Shown: piece after piece, positions 37,094 to 49,250 of the stretch | Position numbering within the stretch: position 1 is the first letter of the stretch | How the letters are laid out: each line of letters starts with the position of its first letter | Source: Minutocellus sp. GHC0000111 | Taxonomy: Eukaryota | Direction of reading: 5' to 3' | NCBI GenBank assembly: GCA_977018835.1 | Contig: OZ361256.1 | Coordinates: forward strand, 248,001-312,000 | DNA length: 64,000 nucleotides | The notes under the pieces: model-generated | Databases searched by the model: none | What the model was told of the DNA's origin: nothing | What the model saw: the letters and a program-made list of their open reading frames with translations, nothing else | Program-made: the position numbers and the translations under genes

Positions 37094-38327
37094 ATGGAAA
37101 AGTTAACACTGCTGCTACTACTACTTTCGCCGCTCCTTCGGGCACATTCACATCTATTGCATTTCGTCTCGGCATTTACATTGGATACATGGGCCCCTCA
37201 TCCCGCCTACTTTCGCACTGCTGCTCCATCTACGAGATCCTTCCTTGGAAGCGAACCCGCATTACATTTATCTGCCCATCCAACACAAGAATCCTTAGCC
37301 GATGAAGCAACCGTGAACAAGAGCTCGGAATCAAGGCACTCCTGGCGGAGTCTTGGGAAAGAAGCTGCATTCGCAACTCCAGTATTTCCCAAAGAGAACC
37401 CTATCACGATCCCAACGAATGTCACTGGTGTGAATTTAATCCTACCGGATTTTGACGTGCTATTCTCTCGCATTGCTGATATATCGCCCTTGGCTAAGCA
37501 AATTCTAGAGGGAAGGCCATTAGGAGGCTTCAGGGATCTTGACATGACACCAGACTCTTTGGTCTGGAAAACTGTGGAGAAGAATGAAAAGAGGCTTGTG
37601 CACGAGATCGATAGGATTGATAATTTTGAGGGGACTCATACTCCTCTCATTCGAATGAGATCTCGATTGAGAGGGCCTGAACACGATAGAGGAGATAGAT
37701 TTTCGCGCCTACTCACAGATCAAGAATTCAGAGTGCAATGGGACCCAAATTGTGCCGAGATCTTTGAGGTGTACCTTGCCGACGATATATCAGACATAGA
37801 ACTGGTTATGGAAGGCAAGTTTGGAGAGTGCCGAAAATTTGGTCTAGGATATTGCCGAACAAAACAGGTGAGTTTACTCCGTTGGAAGATTGATTTATTC
37901 TGAATGTGGCTTTTTTATATTGGTGGTTCTTTACCCCACATCTTTGCTTCTCTTTCACTCGAAATGAATGATTCATATAATTTTGTATCAGAATGTTGTA
38001 TCGCCTCGTGAACAACTCACTCTTTGTGGTCTGCAAGAATTTCCGGGCGGCGCGTCCATTGTGTGGGGTATAGAGCTCGAAGATGATCAAAGTCATCTCT
38101 TCCCTCCCGGTGAAAGATTGATTCGATCTCGCAGTCATATCTTTTCGAATGCGATCATACCAACTGGAGACAAGTCATTTGATTGCGAATATGTTTTGTG
38201 TTTAGAAATTGGCCGATTTCCAGAGTGGCTGGCTAGGCCGGTATTGGTTACAATATGTCGGGATTTGTTCAAATATGCTCAAAAGTATTATGATGATGGT
38301 GGAGGTACTGGAATTGATAATAAATGA
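37094..38327 (+). CDS. START/SRPBCC lipid-binding-like protein, plastid-targeted (exons 37094-37867, 37992-38327)
   Basis: Leader ending VSAF. Motifs L.D.EFRVQWD, Y.RTK..VVSPREQL, LEIGRFPEWL. GT..AG intron 37868-37991 is in frame. Confidence 0.75.
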
Positions 38328-38375
38328 AAAGAATGATTGGTCTCTATCTATCGGCATTAGGATTCCTATTGCTCT

Positions 38376-39859
38376 AGAGTGATTCCACGAGACCGCCGAC
38401 AAAATCGCCGTAAATAGTAAGGCACTAGGAAATTTTTTTGTGCGATACTTTATGCAGCGCAAAAATGAACCCACTAAATGGCCTCTCTCAACACGGCGAA
38501 AGCAAGGAGAATTCATCTCCACAAGAAGGCCACCAAATGATGGTATAACGATAAATAACTCCAAGCCAACCGATGTATACGCCAACTACATGCGTTAGGT
38601 GAGTATTGCATACTTGAAAGCAAACTCATTCGTACATCATGTGCTATTTTAGCAACATCTCCTCATGCCCAGAAATTTTCAATATTGTTTTACCCTCAAA
38701 ATGGCAAAGAATGATGGCTGATGCTTGTCTACATCCATTTCAATCCTCCCTGACCGGCATTACTTTCACTTGGGTAATATTGGGAGCAAGTTTGCGCCAG
38801 AGGGTCGATATTGGGCCCCATCTTTGTATCATTGTGGCCGTCACCATGGAAAGCAAAAACATCTGAAAGTAGCAAATCCCCAACTACAACCCCCTTCAAG
38901 CCTCAACCACTGTTCCTTCACGCAATATCAGCACGCACGATGCTCATTCTATATTACATCCATCGATCTCACGTGTTGGTTTGGCCGCTTTCTCCGGTTT
39001 CGTTCCTCTCGGGCGGCAGAAGCAATGAAGGTGAAATCTGGTGCCGACATCAGACACGGGACTTTGGGAATAGTTTTCTCTATGAATTGTCAAGAAATGC
39101 CACCACCCCCCACTCAAATGCGCTTGGTATATATATGGGTGAAGCGTCGACGGCTCAGTGCAACGGAAGTGGTGCATGGACCGCATAAAAGCATCCGGAC
39201 CAACTTTCGGATGGGTGGTGTAATGGGGGTGGTAATGGCGCTGGGCCACATTTCGCGGTACAGGCACGCACCGACGCACCACTATCGCCCAAAAATCCCT
39301 TCCAGTAATATTCAGGAAGGCATCTAGGTGGTCAGAGTGTATGCGATGGCCGGGGTGGTGCTGTACATCGGGCGAACATGGTCGTGATGGAACGTCGGAA
39401 ACTGTCGAAAAAATCGGGTCTAACGCGAACGAATTGTAATTGCAAGTCTCCTGCTGCACCACAGTGTTGTGAAAGGCTATTACAAGGGTATGGTGCCCCG
39501 TAGTCTTGATTGTTCTCAATGGGAGGCACGTCGGCGACACATGTTGTGGCCCCATTCGTTGAACGAAATGGGTTTTGTTTCGTTATAAAGTTTGATGTAT
39601 TTTTTCTTTCTTGAAACAGCACAAGTGTATTCTACGACATAAAAATAAATTTTCAAACAATAGTGTACCAAAAGAAACACTCTAATACCGTATCTATATC
39701 ATGTGCTAAAAGAGCACCAAGATCATTGTACCAACTTCCTTTTATTGTTGATTATGGTCTACAATACCCTTCTGAGTAAGGATCATCAATAAAAGGAAGT
39801 TGGTACAATGTTTACGAAACATCGCGGAGGGGGTGTCTGCTCTCTCGTGAAATCACTCT
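38376..39859 (+). mobile_element. Family A subtype II, complete 1,484-bp copy A3 with CT/CT flanking duplication
   Basis: CT-AGAGTGATTCCACGAGA...TCTCGTGAAATCACTCT-CT. Confidence 0.93.
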
Positions 39860-40219
39860 CTACATGTATTGCTCTATTGCTCTTTAGTACAGCAGTAGAT
39901 CTACTCCTTTCCTGTACATATGTACGTGTGCCGGTACATGTGGATGGAATGATGATGATGATGATGATGATGATACATGTAAGCCCGCCCTAGATCTAGA
40001 TCTAATGCTGCTGCGGTGATGATGAGCAAAAAGCAGCAAAGCAGGCGAAAATTATAGGTACTCCTATAATTTTCAGTTGAGGCAAAAGATAGGTAAAATT
40101 TTGTTTCAGGAGTGTCTTGGAACTCTGCAGTCAAAGCAAAATGGAGTTGTTGGCAATCGAGCCCGTTAGTTGAGCCGAGAGAGCAACATTCTGCTGATTA
40201 GTGTTCATGCTGCATCAGG

Positions 40220-42007
40220 ATGCTATTGGATTCACTTTCCAGGGTTGCCCAATTGTTCGGTGGGTCTGAGAAGTACCCAAATTGTCCTGATGGTCACCAA
40301 TTTGCCTCGGAGCAAAGTGGTCACTCGTCAAGGAACGGTGGGGGCAGTTTTACTCGCAGAGGAGTCAAAACCGCCGATCCCAACACAACGACATGGGCCA
40401 CAACAAGGAAACCATCTGTCATTCAACAATTGACAGAAGAAGAGGCGCAGCTAGTCAAAATCGATGATGCTGAGGAGGAGGCGAGAAAAACTGCCGAGCA
40501 TGGCACAACATATTCCTTCGTCGTGAGCACAGTGGCATCTCTGAAAGTCTTTTTTTCTCATCTCGTCACGGTCAACTCGATATTTGGTGTCCTTCTGACA
40601 ATCGGAGCGACCCTGTGTGTTTGGTACACCACAGAAGATACACCCGAGCATTTCCTTGGGGCAATGGATTTCGCGTTACTTGGTTTCGCAGTTATCTTGC
40701 CGTTGTCTGCGATTGTAAGATTCGCCTTTGTGCGACGAGATGCTGCCCTCTCTTCTCTCATGGACATAAAGAGTAGTTCCATGCAAATATATCTGGCCCA
40801 CGCAACTTGGGACTGGGATGACGGCAAGGGAAGGGCAAAAAGCAAAAAAGATTTCCTAAAGCACTCGGACAACGTGCTAGAAGAGCTCATTTCGATTGCC
40901 GACGAGTTGTGCCGCTACCTAACGCTGCCAACGTCGTCACACGCCCGTCACAAGGAATTGGGGAAAGGACGGGAAGAAGCCGCGATTACAATGAAGGCGA
41001 TGTATTTACTATTTGACTCAATTGCTTCAACTCGGGTTACTCGACTCACGATGATGGTGGAGCAATTGAGGGCTGAGGGTCTGGCTGCGACTGAGTGCTC
41101 GAGGATACGCCAGTGGGAACGATTTGTCGTTCGATCGATCGAGGAATTGCGGGCCATTAAGACATACCGCACCCCTCTTGCTCTGAGGGCCTTCGCCAAT
41201 ATTTTTACTCTCCTTATCCCTCCATTTTATGCACCATCCTACGTGCAAATAGCGTACGACATGAACTCTCTTGCGATGGGCATCTGTTTTGGTATCATCA
41301 CATCGCTTGCACTGACTGCCCTTTACGAGTCTGTGGATGTTTTGGAGGATCCATTCGTTGCTTCCCTCACACTTGATGGAATTGACGTACACGAGGAGCT
41401 GTCGGTGCTTTATTGGAAGACTCTAACGAATGCTAGATCTGTTGCTTTCCCGAATGCTACTCCTCTTGGTGAGGAGGTTGCAGAGGACAGTGGGAACAAT
41501 GGGGCCAGTTGTGATGTCCTGAGTCAATCAATCCGATCAAGCATCCGATCGAAACGGCCAAGCATATATGAACTTCAACAATCCGGACTCGGCAATACTT
41601 CAAGATCAATGAGGGCTCTTTTCGCATCATTGGACAAAGAGGACAGACACGATCAGCTGAAATCATCTGAACGATCTTCTCGAAGTGGCGATGGCATAGG
41701 AAGACGCAGGAGTCACTTTGTGCGCGACATACACGCCAATAGCCTGAAAACCTCCCATCAGGGTCGGAACCCCCTCCCTAGGATTCCTTCCATACCGGGC
41801 ATTGATGATGACGAGGATGATGGTCATGAACAAGAAGGGCACTCGCCACACCATTCGGTCGATGAGCAGGCTCCTCGACCTGAAAACTTTGTTGGCACAA
41901 CAAAAGTTGTTGGTAATGGCTTCGTGCGCTCAGAAGTAGCAGCGACCGCAGAGGCATGCTCAGCATCGGATGAACTCGACGACTTCTTCGACGAGAATGG
42001 TGACTAA
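40220..42007 (+). CDS. Multi-pass membrane protein, bestrophin/UPF0187-like
   Basis: Two TM pairs separated by a helical loop. Motifs AFVRRDAAL, KTYRTPLALRAF, LEDPF. Confidence 0.65.
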   Translation: MLLDSLSRVAQLFGGSEKYPNCPDGHQFASEQSGHSSRNGGGSFTRRGVKTADPNTTTWATTRKPSVIQQLTEEEAQLVKIDDAEEEARKTAEHGTTYSFVVSTVASLKVFFSHLVTVNSIFGVLLTIGATLCVWYTTEDTPEHFLGAMDFALLGFAVILPLSAIVRFAFVRRDAALSSLMDIKSSSMQIYLAHATWDWDDGKGRAKSKKDFLKHSDNVLEELISIADELCRYLTLPTSSHARHKELGKGREEAAITMKAMYLLFDSIASTRVTRLTMMVEQLRAEGLAATECSRIRQWERFVVRSIEELRAIKTYRTPLALRAFANIFTLLIPPFYAPSYVQIAYDMNSLAMGICFGIITSLALTALYESVDVLEDPFVASLTLDGIDVHEELSVLYWKTLTNARSVAFPNATPLGEEVAEDSGNNGASCDVLSQSIRSSIRSKRPSIYELQQSGLGNTSRSMRALFASLDKEDRHDQLKSSERSSRSGDGIGRRRSHFVRDIHANSLKTSHQGRNPLPRIPSIPGIDDDEDDGHEQEGHSPHHSVDEQAPRPENFVGTTKVVGNGFVRSEVAATAEACSASDELDDFFDENGD

Positions 42008-42065
42008 AGTATTTTAAGGAATTATTAATTTAGAGATATGCTACAAATTCAAAAATGAGAACAAC

Positions 42066-43313
42066 TCAACCCATGTGATCCAGGAAATAAACAGCCGAAG
42101 TGCAATCGCCATTTCCTCTCACAACAATTCGATCGTCGTATAGATCAACGAGGGCGTAGGTTTTGATAGGGTCGGGAGACTCCAGGGCGGCTTCAAACAC
42201 TCGATAATGAATTCCTGATTCGTCGCATCTTTTGTATCCACCTCTGTGAGCATGACCGGAGAAGGAAGCAATGACTGTGTCGCTATAATCCTTGAGTAAA
42301 TCCAAAATCTCGTCATAATTCCATGCCAAGCAAACGACATTCGAGCTATCTGGGAAAAGTGGCTGGTGCGAAAGTACAATGACCTTCTCATTGCCCAACT
42401 TGGCGGCCCCAAGAGTGTCTTTGAGCCATTTCATTTGTATCTCTCCAACTGCACCATTGAATGCAACATAGCGTCTCATCAAACCTTCCATTCCCTCTGG
42501 CGAATTCTCGTTGCCTTTTGAAAAGTTGGGGTTGTTCTTCTCAAAAAGTGCCTCGGCAAGCTTTCGTTTGTTACTTGAACTTTCGCATCGACCACCAAGG
42601 GCAATGTCGTAGGTGTCGAGGACAACGAATCTCAGCCTAACACCATTTTTCTCCAAAAGATGGGATCGATATCCCACATCTTCGCCGCATGGCTCTGAAT
42701 GAAAAGGTATTGACAACAACTTGCCCAGCTCCTTTCTATCGACATTGTACAACTCATGGTTACCGTAGGTATGCAAAATGTGGCAATGCGTGTATGCGGA
42801 TAGAGCCTCCGTCACATCCTTTATTGCGTCGATGCCAGGATTTCTACTTTTGGACTCTTCCGTCTGGACATCTTGGCACTTTCCATCTATAATATCACCT
42901 AAATTGACCACCAGATCTACTTTCTCTTCCTGGAAATGTTGAGCAGCATGTTTGGCGGCGGAAAGAGCGTGGCGGTAATATCGAGGGACTCCTCCGTAGC
43001 TTTCCCCATCTGGAATGGGAGCATATTGAATATCAGCGATAACACCAAAGGAGAGTTTAGGTGCCGATGATGCCTCCTCAATCAGTGAAGACGTTTCTTC
43101 AATGGCATGAAGGCGGGCTGCCCCACGCCTTTGTCTCCATTTGGCATTGGAATTCGAATCTACATGGTAGTACGACTCGCCTTGTATTTCGCCGAGGGAG
43201 GACGACCTCCGAACGACGCCTTTGGTCGTCATCGTCCTTGTAACAGTGAAACTATTAGTATCGGGCGCGAAAATGAGGAGGGAAATGATGCTGAGGGCGG
43301 GACGGATGGTCAT
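42066..43313 (-). CDS. Mn-dependent ADP-ribose/CDP-alcohol diphosphatase-like metallophosphoesterase with N-terminal leader
   Basis: Motifs FGVIADIQYA, NLGDIIDG, YGNHE, FNGAVG..Q..WL, SHQP, GHAH.GGY. Confidence 0.88.
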   Translation of the reverse strand: MTIRPALSIISLLIFAPDTNSFTVTRTMTTKGVVRRSSSLGEIQGESYYHVDSNSNAKWRQRRGAARLHAIEETSSLIEEASSAPKLSFGVIADIQYAPIPDGESYGGVPRYYRHALSAAKHAAQHFQEEKVDLVVNLGDIIDGKCQDVQTEESKSRNPGIDAIKDVTEALSAYTHCHILHTYGNHELYNVDRKELGKLLSIPFHSEPCGEDVGYRSHLLEKNGVRLRFVVLDTYDIALGGRCESSSNKRKLAEALFEKNNPNFSKGNENSPEGMEGLMRRYVAFNGAVGEIQMKWLKDTLGAAKLGNEKVIVLSHQPLFPDSSNVVCLAWNYDEILDLLKDYSDTVIASFSGHAHRGGYKRCDESGIHYRVFEAALESPDPIKTYALVDLYDDRIVVRGNGDCTSAVYFLDHMG

Positions 43314-44388
43314 GCTTTCGAGGTACTGCCTTGCCGATGCCAGCCGCCATCGAATGACGATGAGTCACGTGAGCGTGTGGGTGCTGGTGGCGGTGGCGTG
43401 GGTGGTGGGTGGTGACCTTGAGCGGGGACGGGTAACGGCATTACCAATCTCCCTCTCGGGGGTTGCTCAGCCAGCAGCCGGAAGCAAGGAAGATGTATCG
43501 AATCATCGAATCGAATCGAATCTCATCGAATCTCATCGTGGAATTCAATGCAGATTCAACAAGCTGATACCATGTTGAAATAGACTCGATGGGTCTTATC
43601 GTGGAAAACATCACGCGGCCGTGTGCCTCTGCCGGTACTACCGGCAACCTTGCTTTATTTGTCATACATGAAAAGTCGGTGGATAACAATAAAAATGTTG
43701 TTCTGGTGAGTTCTTTTGTTCTATTGCATCATTCCTCCTTCGACAAAGATCTTGAGAATGTCTTCCGAAAGTCCGAAGCGGTGCTGGATGCCGTCTTGTA
43801 AGCCGGGAGCCCTAAAAGGGTTGGAGTCCAATTTCGGTTGGATCATTCCGAAAAAGTAATTCCTTCTCGTTTTGAACGAATTCAGCCAACGAGTATGATC
43901 GCATATTGAGATCTACATTTCCGTTTTTGGTCTACATCAAAGCCAACTTTACTGCTAATACTATTGATATGCTATACCGTGTGCTCTCTTTCCTTCAAAC
44001 ACAGCAATTACAGCGCTTTGGTGATTCTTCACAACCACTCTTGTGGCAGCGTGGTCCCGTCAGAGAAGATCTCTCTTCGAGTTTCTGTTGATGGAGGTAC
44101 CGATACTAGAAGTACTGGTAGGGTACTTCATGCTTCAGGTGAAGGTAGGTAAATTACGTAGCAGTTGCTGCGAACAACATTTCGATTACTACAGTCGTTA
44201 AAGAAAAGTGCTCTGGGTCCTCACTCTTAGTTCTAGTTCTTCTCTGAGACTTTGAAAGTGGACTGGAGTTTATAATTGCCTTCCACGGTCTCGCCTAGCT
44301 CTACTAGCTAGCTAGATAGCTAGCTAGCTAGAGTGTCATCTGTATATACGCGGGGTAGGCCGTCTCTTTTTCATAGCTACAATAAGAT

Positions 44389-47300
44389 CTATTGTTTGTC
44401 AATACTCTCTTGAATCCGTCTATGCAGTTGGCATAGAAAGTCGCTGTAAAAGGTTTCGTGAGCAGTGGTGTCGTCAACAAGCAGAGTCACGAGCTTGTCT
44501 TCAAGGAATTTGTGTTTCAGATCGGCTTGGTTGTCGTTGTTGGTGCCATCGCCAGCCAAAATCACAACGATTGGCGCCGTGCCGAAGCAAGGAAGCTCCT
44601 GCACCTCCCATGGAGCAGAAGGATCGCATTTGCCAGGCGATATTCGTTAGTTTCCGGCCAGCCTCGGACGTCGAAGAAACGACGGGCGTTTGCCTGGAAT
44701 TGTCGAAGACGAGGAAATCTCTTCGGACATCCGTAGGGACGGCCTTTCCCACATAGAGGTACAATACAAAACCATCGTCAAGTAGCCATCCTCATCGATC
44801 GATGTGATGCTAGGATGGGCGGACTTTGGGAGCTGCATGTAAGGACGACATGACGTCGACGCGATGCTCGCTTCATCTGCAGCCGCCGTCGGCGTAGGTA
44901 CAATCCATTCGCCATCTCGCTTTCTCAGCTTGGTGACAACATACAAATTGGAATGAACGGAGAGCATTGCAAGGGCAGGGGATACTGCTGACCCATGATG
45001 GATGTGGTAGGCACGCTCGTCGGCTGTAGGAGATGGTCTTGCGGACCATGATCCCTTAGGGAGGCTGGGACGAAAGATCAAACTCTTGCGCAAACTCAAA
45101 CAAAACAACTGTAGAGCCTCTGGGAGAATAAGCTGACCTGATGGTGAATTCCTGGCAGAGGTATTGAGGCGGTAGTTGGCCAAAAGGTTTACGCATCGCT
45201 TGACGATTGCCTCCCTGGCAATTTTGTGCGTACCGCTGCCGTCAGGTCGAAGCATGTCCGATATGGCTTGCCTTGTTGTAATAGCAGTGACGGCACCGAA
45301 ATCGCTTAGACGGAAAACCTCCGATGGGACCGATGTTGACTGTAGTGCGAGGGTTGAAACGCGAACCCTTCTGCTACCAGCGGATGTCGTATAAAGCAAC
45401 GCAGTTTGGAAATACACCATGGGATCTCGGCTTGACGAGGCACCGCTTTCCTTTGGTATGCCTCCAATCTTGTGCCGGAGCTGTATGGCAACACACGTAT
45501 CTGAGGTGACAGTACTTAGCTCGAGTTCAGGGGAAGAAAGGACGGAGTCGTCAACAAGAACACCTGGTGTCTGCGAAAGCGGTAAGAATGATTCTACCTC
45601 GACGCCAGAAGAGCACCGAACTTTGAATATGGCGTCATTACCAGAAAAGGCCGTTGCAGACCGGCTGAGAAAAAGAAGGAGTGGAGTGGGGGGCGAAGGG
45701 AGGAGAAATGTCGATCAGATTTGCCATGAGAGAAAGAGGAGATCGATATGAATGAATAGTCATAGAAGTGCGCTCCAGATAACATACGAGACCTCGTATA
45801 CTTACATAATCTCTTCCGACAAAGTTTGGGAGTATCCCTGGCAATTATCAGAATCCAGTTTGAGCCACCGAAATTTGCCGCATGTGTTGCGACAGAGTTC
45901 AGAAAGTGTGGCAACGTCCAGGAATCTTGGGCGAGGCTGTCCGGTTCCCACAGCTCCTGCGGCGCCATTCTCGACCAGGGGGGTTGATACGAGAATATCA
46001 AGCACAACACGATCAGTTGCACTGGTAGCACCAAGCTTTGTATAAAAGGCAGCCGAAGCCATTTCAGATCCACCTTTCGCGCTTGTTGCTGTATTTGCGT
46101 TCCTACTTGCAGTGTTTGAGCCATTGCTTCTGCTTGCAGAGGCAAAGCTAATCTGCCGCTTGACAAGGTGTTGCAGTGGTGTATAGAGTTCCTTCTCAGA
46201 TTGTATCTGTTGATAGTGCTTTGCAGCACCGCCAGCCTCTCGATCCCGCAGAGTTCCGACGCCATAGTTGGGTCGATGTGATGTGAGGAGCACTCTTCGT
46301 CCTCCTGTTGTAGACAAGGCAGATGATAGGACGGCCAAAGCTGCACCACCGCAACTCCTTCCTCGTTCGTGCTGTGGGAGCTGTCTGTTATCAGAGAAGC
46401 AGTCCTTTACGAGCGAGGGTATGGCGTCAAGAGCCGCATCGAGGCGCCTCATTTGCAATGAGTCGGTCACGTCATAAGTAAAGTCGTAGCAGGGCAATGG
46501 GCTAAAGGGATCGTCCACAACGTCAGCCATGACCGCAACGGTCAGTTCTAGCTCCTCGTCATTATGTGATGCGTGGTGGCGCGTGCCGGCAACCTCCCCC
46601 GATATACCGTCCTGAACATGCGGCGCCAAGTGATCCGATCGGCTTTCAAATCTCTTCCTGTAGTGTGGGATTATGATTCGGTCTGACTGGTAGAGGAAGA
46701 ATCCCACGCGAGGATTGTGACTAGAACTTTCATGCGTCGACACAGAGCCATCACCCCCGGGGTTACTGCTTCCAGCACCACCATCGCGTCCCGACCAGGT
46801 CGTCGGTGCCGGACCTCTGCGGATTTCTTCGCCCTGCCTTGTCCACCAGTCGCCCATCTCCTTCGCAACCCTACGGACAGCGTTGGCGTAGTATTGCACC
46901 ATGTCGCCCATCTCCTCTTCGGGGGCAGTATCAATCCCAAACAAAAGGACCTGTCGGACTGGTCCTAGACCACTTCCATTGCCATCACCATCGGCGGTAC
47001 TGGTACTGCCATTGCGAGTGACGTACTCTGGGCTGATGGTTCCACCCAGTTCGTACTCCACTGTGCCGTACCTCGTTGCTGCGGCGGTCAGGTCCAACGA
47101 GTAGGCCGGATCATTGACGTCCACCACAGCATCGACCCGGGCATGATGGCCGCACATGTTGCACGTAAAGGTCAGACTGGCCCCTCGGATCATCGATCCG
47201 GCATCGACGTGCGGGTTACGGCAGAATGGGTTTAGGTAGGCCTGACAACGGGGACAGCGATGGGGTCGCACCGGCCCACCGCCGGGGAAGGGAGATCGGA

Positions 47301-48819
47301 TAAGAGGGACGGATTCCAGGCTGCACTGGGCCTCGTAGCGCTGCGCTTGCTGCTGTTGCTGCTCCTGCTGCTGCTGACTTGGCACGGCCCCATTTTCGTC
47401 CGTCTCTCCATTGGCGTTGTCCACCTCCGTCTTTGGCGGCAACGAACCCCCGACTACCCGACTGACAAATCCATCGCTCCCCACACCCAACGGGGTACAG
47501 AGCAACCCCAGAGGCACGCCGACCTTCTCCGACACTCCCCTCGTCCTTGGGAAGGCGAAGCACGTCGACCGGATGAGCCGGGGAGAGGCATTGCCATCGT
47601 CGACGACCACGTACCGCGAATCGGCCGGAGGGGGCGCCCGCAGCTCGACTGGTCCTCCTCCCCCACTTCCACCACCGACACCACCAGACGCACCCCAACC
47701 GGTGGGATTGGGACCACCGTACCCGCCGTCGTAGTTGGTGGGATATCCAGCACCCCCACCACCAACGCCGCCAACGCCACCGACATCTCCCAAAACGGCC
47801 CGCTTGGTGTGATACACCCTGGCAGGATGTCCATCGGGCCGGGTGAAGCACGGCACTCGGGGGATCTGCGAGGGGTTGATCCGCTCCACCTGGTGGGGCT
47901 TGACCATTGGCTGCTGCTGCTGTTGAGGTGGCTGCTGTTGTTGTTGTTGTTGAGGTTGCTGCTGTGGATATTGCTGGCCTGGCATCATTGGCGGTGCTGC
48001 TGGTGGTGGTGGTGGAGGAGGTGGCGCATGCGATAACTGTTGTGGCTGTGGATACTGCTGCTGCTGATATTGCGGCTGACCCGGCGCCATCATCGATGGC
48101 GGACCTGGCGGCGGCGGCGGTGGCCTCACATTTCCTCCTCCTCCCCCTTGCATATGTGCAGGCGATGGACCTGGCGGTGGAGGTGGCATGTGCATTGCAG
48201 TATTACTCGCCCCAGGCGGTCCAGGCGGACCAGGAGGAGGCGGAGGTCCAGGCGGCCCTGGCGGATACCGACCCCCGCTACCAGCAGCACCATAACCAGC
48301 AGCATCCCCTCCATTGAGCCTCATGTTTCCCATCTGCGCATTGACCTGCTGCATCTGCATCGGCGGTGGCGGCATCGGCAGCGGTTGAGGAGCGTATCTG
48401 CCGTTGCTTCCGGCAATGCTACCAGAAGCAGCAAAGCTGCTACTGCTGCTGCTGCCGCCTGGTGCTGGTGCTGCAGGTGGCGGCGGCGGTGGAAATCCAC
48501 GCGACGGACCCTGCGCCTGCATCTGCGCCTGCATCTGCCCATACGTGTGACCGTATGGAGCTGGAGGGGCTGGCGGGGCTGGCGGCCGAGGTCGAGGCGG
48601 ATGAGGCGGCTGGCCGTCAAGATACGGCTGTTGTTGGCCGCCCATCATCATCGAAGGCTGCTGCTGCAGTTGCGAAGGCGCCGGCGGGTAGCCCCCTGGT
48701 CCGTTCGCATGTGCACTGCCGCTGCCGCCGCCGCCGACACCGCGGCCATCTCGGTTGGAGGGGTTGTCGGGTGGTGGTCCAGGAGGTGGCGGCGGCGGGG
48801 GGGGAGGGGGGAAGCTCAT
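44389..48819 (-). pseudogene. SEC24: COPII coat subunit Sec24 (Sec24C/D-like) with frameshifts (intron 45805-45665)
   Basis: Pro/Gln-rich N-terminus; DDGNASPRLIRST; zinc finger RCPRCQAYLNPF...CNMC; FKVRCSSG; FQTALLYTT..G.RRVRVST; GQLILPE; Y.DFLC.LH..I. Frameshifts near 44782 and 44581. Confidence 0.9.
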
Positions 48820-49250
48820 CGTTGGGGCGTTTGTTTCGTTGGAAAATGCGATAATGAGCACATCTCATGTGGTTTCTTTTTGCCGTCACACTTCCAAACC
48901 TTATCCGGACGACGGACAGGGAAAACCATGATCACGGCATCACGGCGGCGGCAGTTTGTACCGCTTGGGGAGGTATGGTAGTGCAGAGTACGACCCAGAG
49001 CCAGGTTTCCCTTGCCTTGCGCTGCCGCTGCAGGTGATACGAAAAGCGAAGAGAGATCGGTGGCGTTCCTTTTCTTTGGCCCTTATTGTTTGGTCCATTT
49101 CGTCGGGCTGATTGCAGCGGTATCTTTTTCTCCCAAGCGGCGAGCGAGGCGTGCTGAAAAAGGAGCATTTCTGTCATCATCCTTTGTGCGTGCGTTGCTT
49201 TTGTCCATCAAAAGATCATCGAAAGCAGGGATAGTTGAGGAGAGACCACC

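Larger units (their letters stand above)
33224..37177. repeat. Tandem duplication of a 1,977-bp unit (33224-35200 and 35201-37177)
   Basis: ORF track repeats with an offset of exactly 1977 and identical translations. The junction has ACA microhomology. Confidence 0.95.

Noticed and set aside
33201..37177. LTR retrotransposon (A1 and A2 as LTRs)
   Set aside because: The repeats include host promoter and gene sequence, abut directly, have TIR ends, and enclose no gag or pol.
33550..39622. ORFs of 60-200 aa inside family A copies as a transposase or Fanzor
   Set aside because: No DDE, HUH or RuvC motifs are recognisable, and the frames are not preserved between subtypes I and II.
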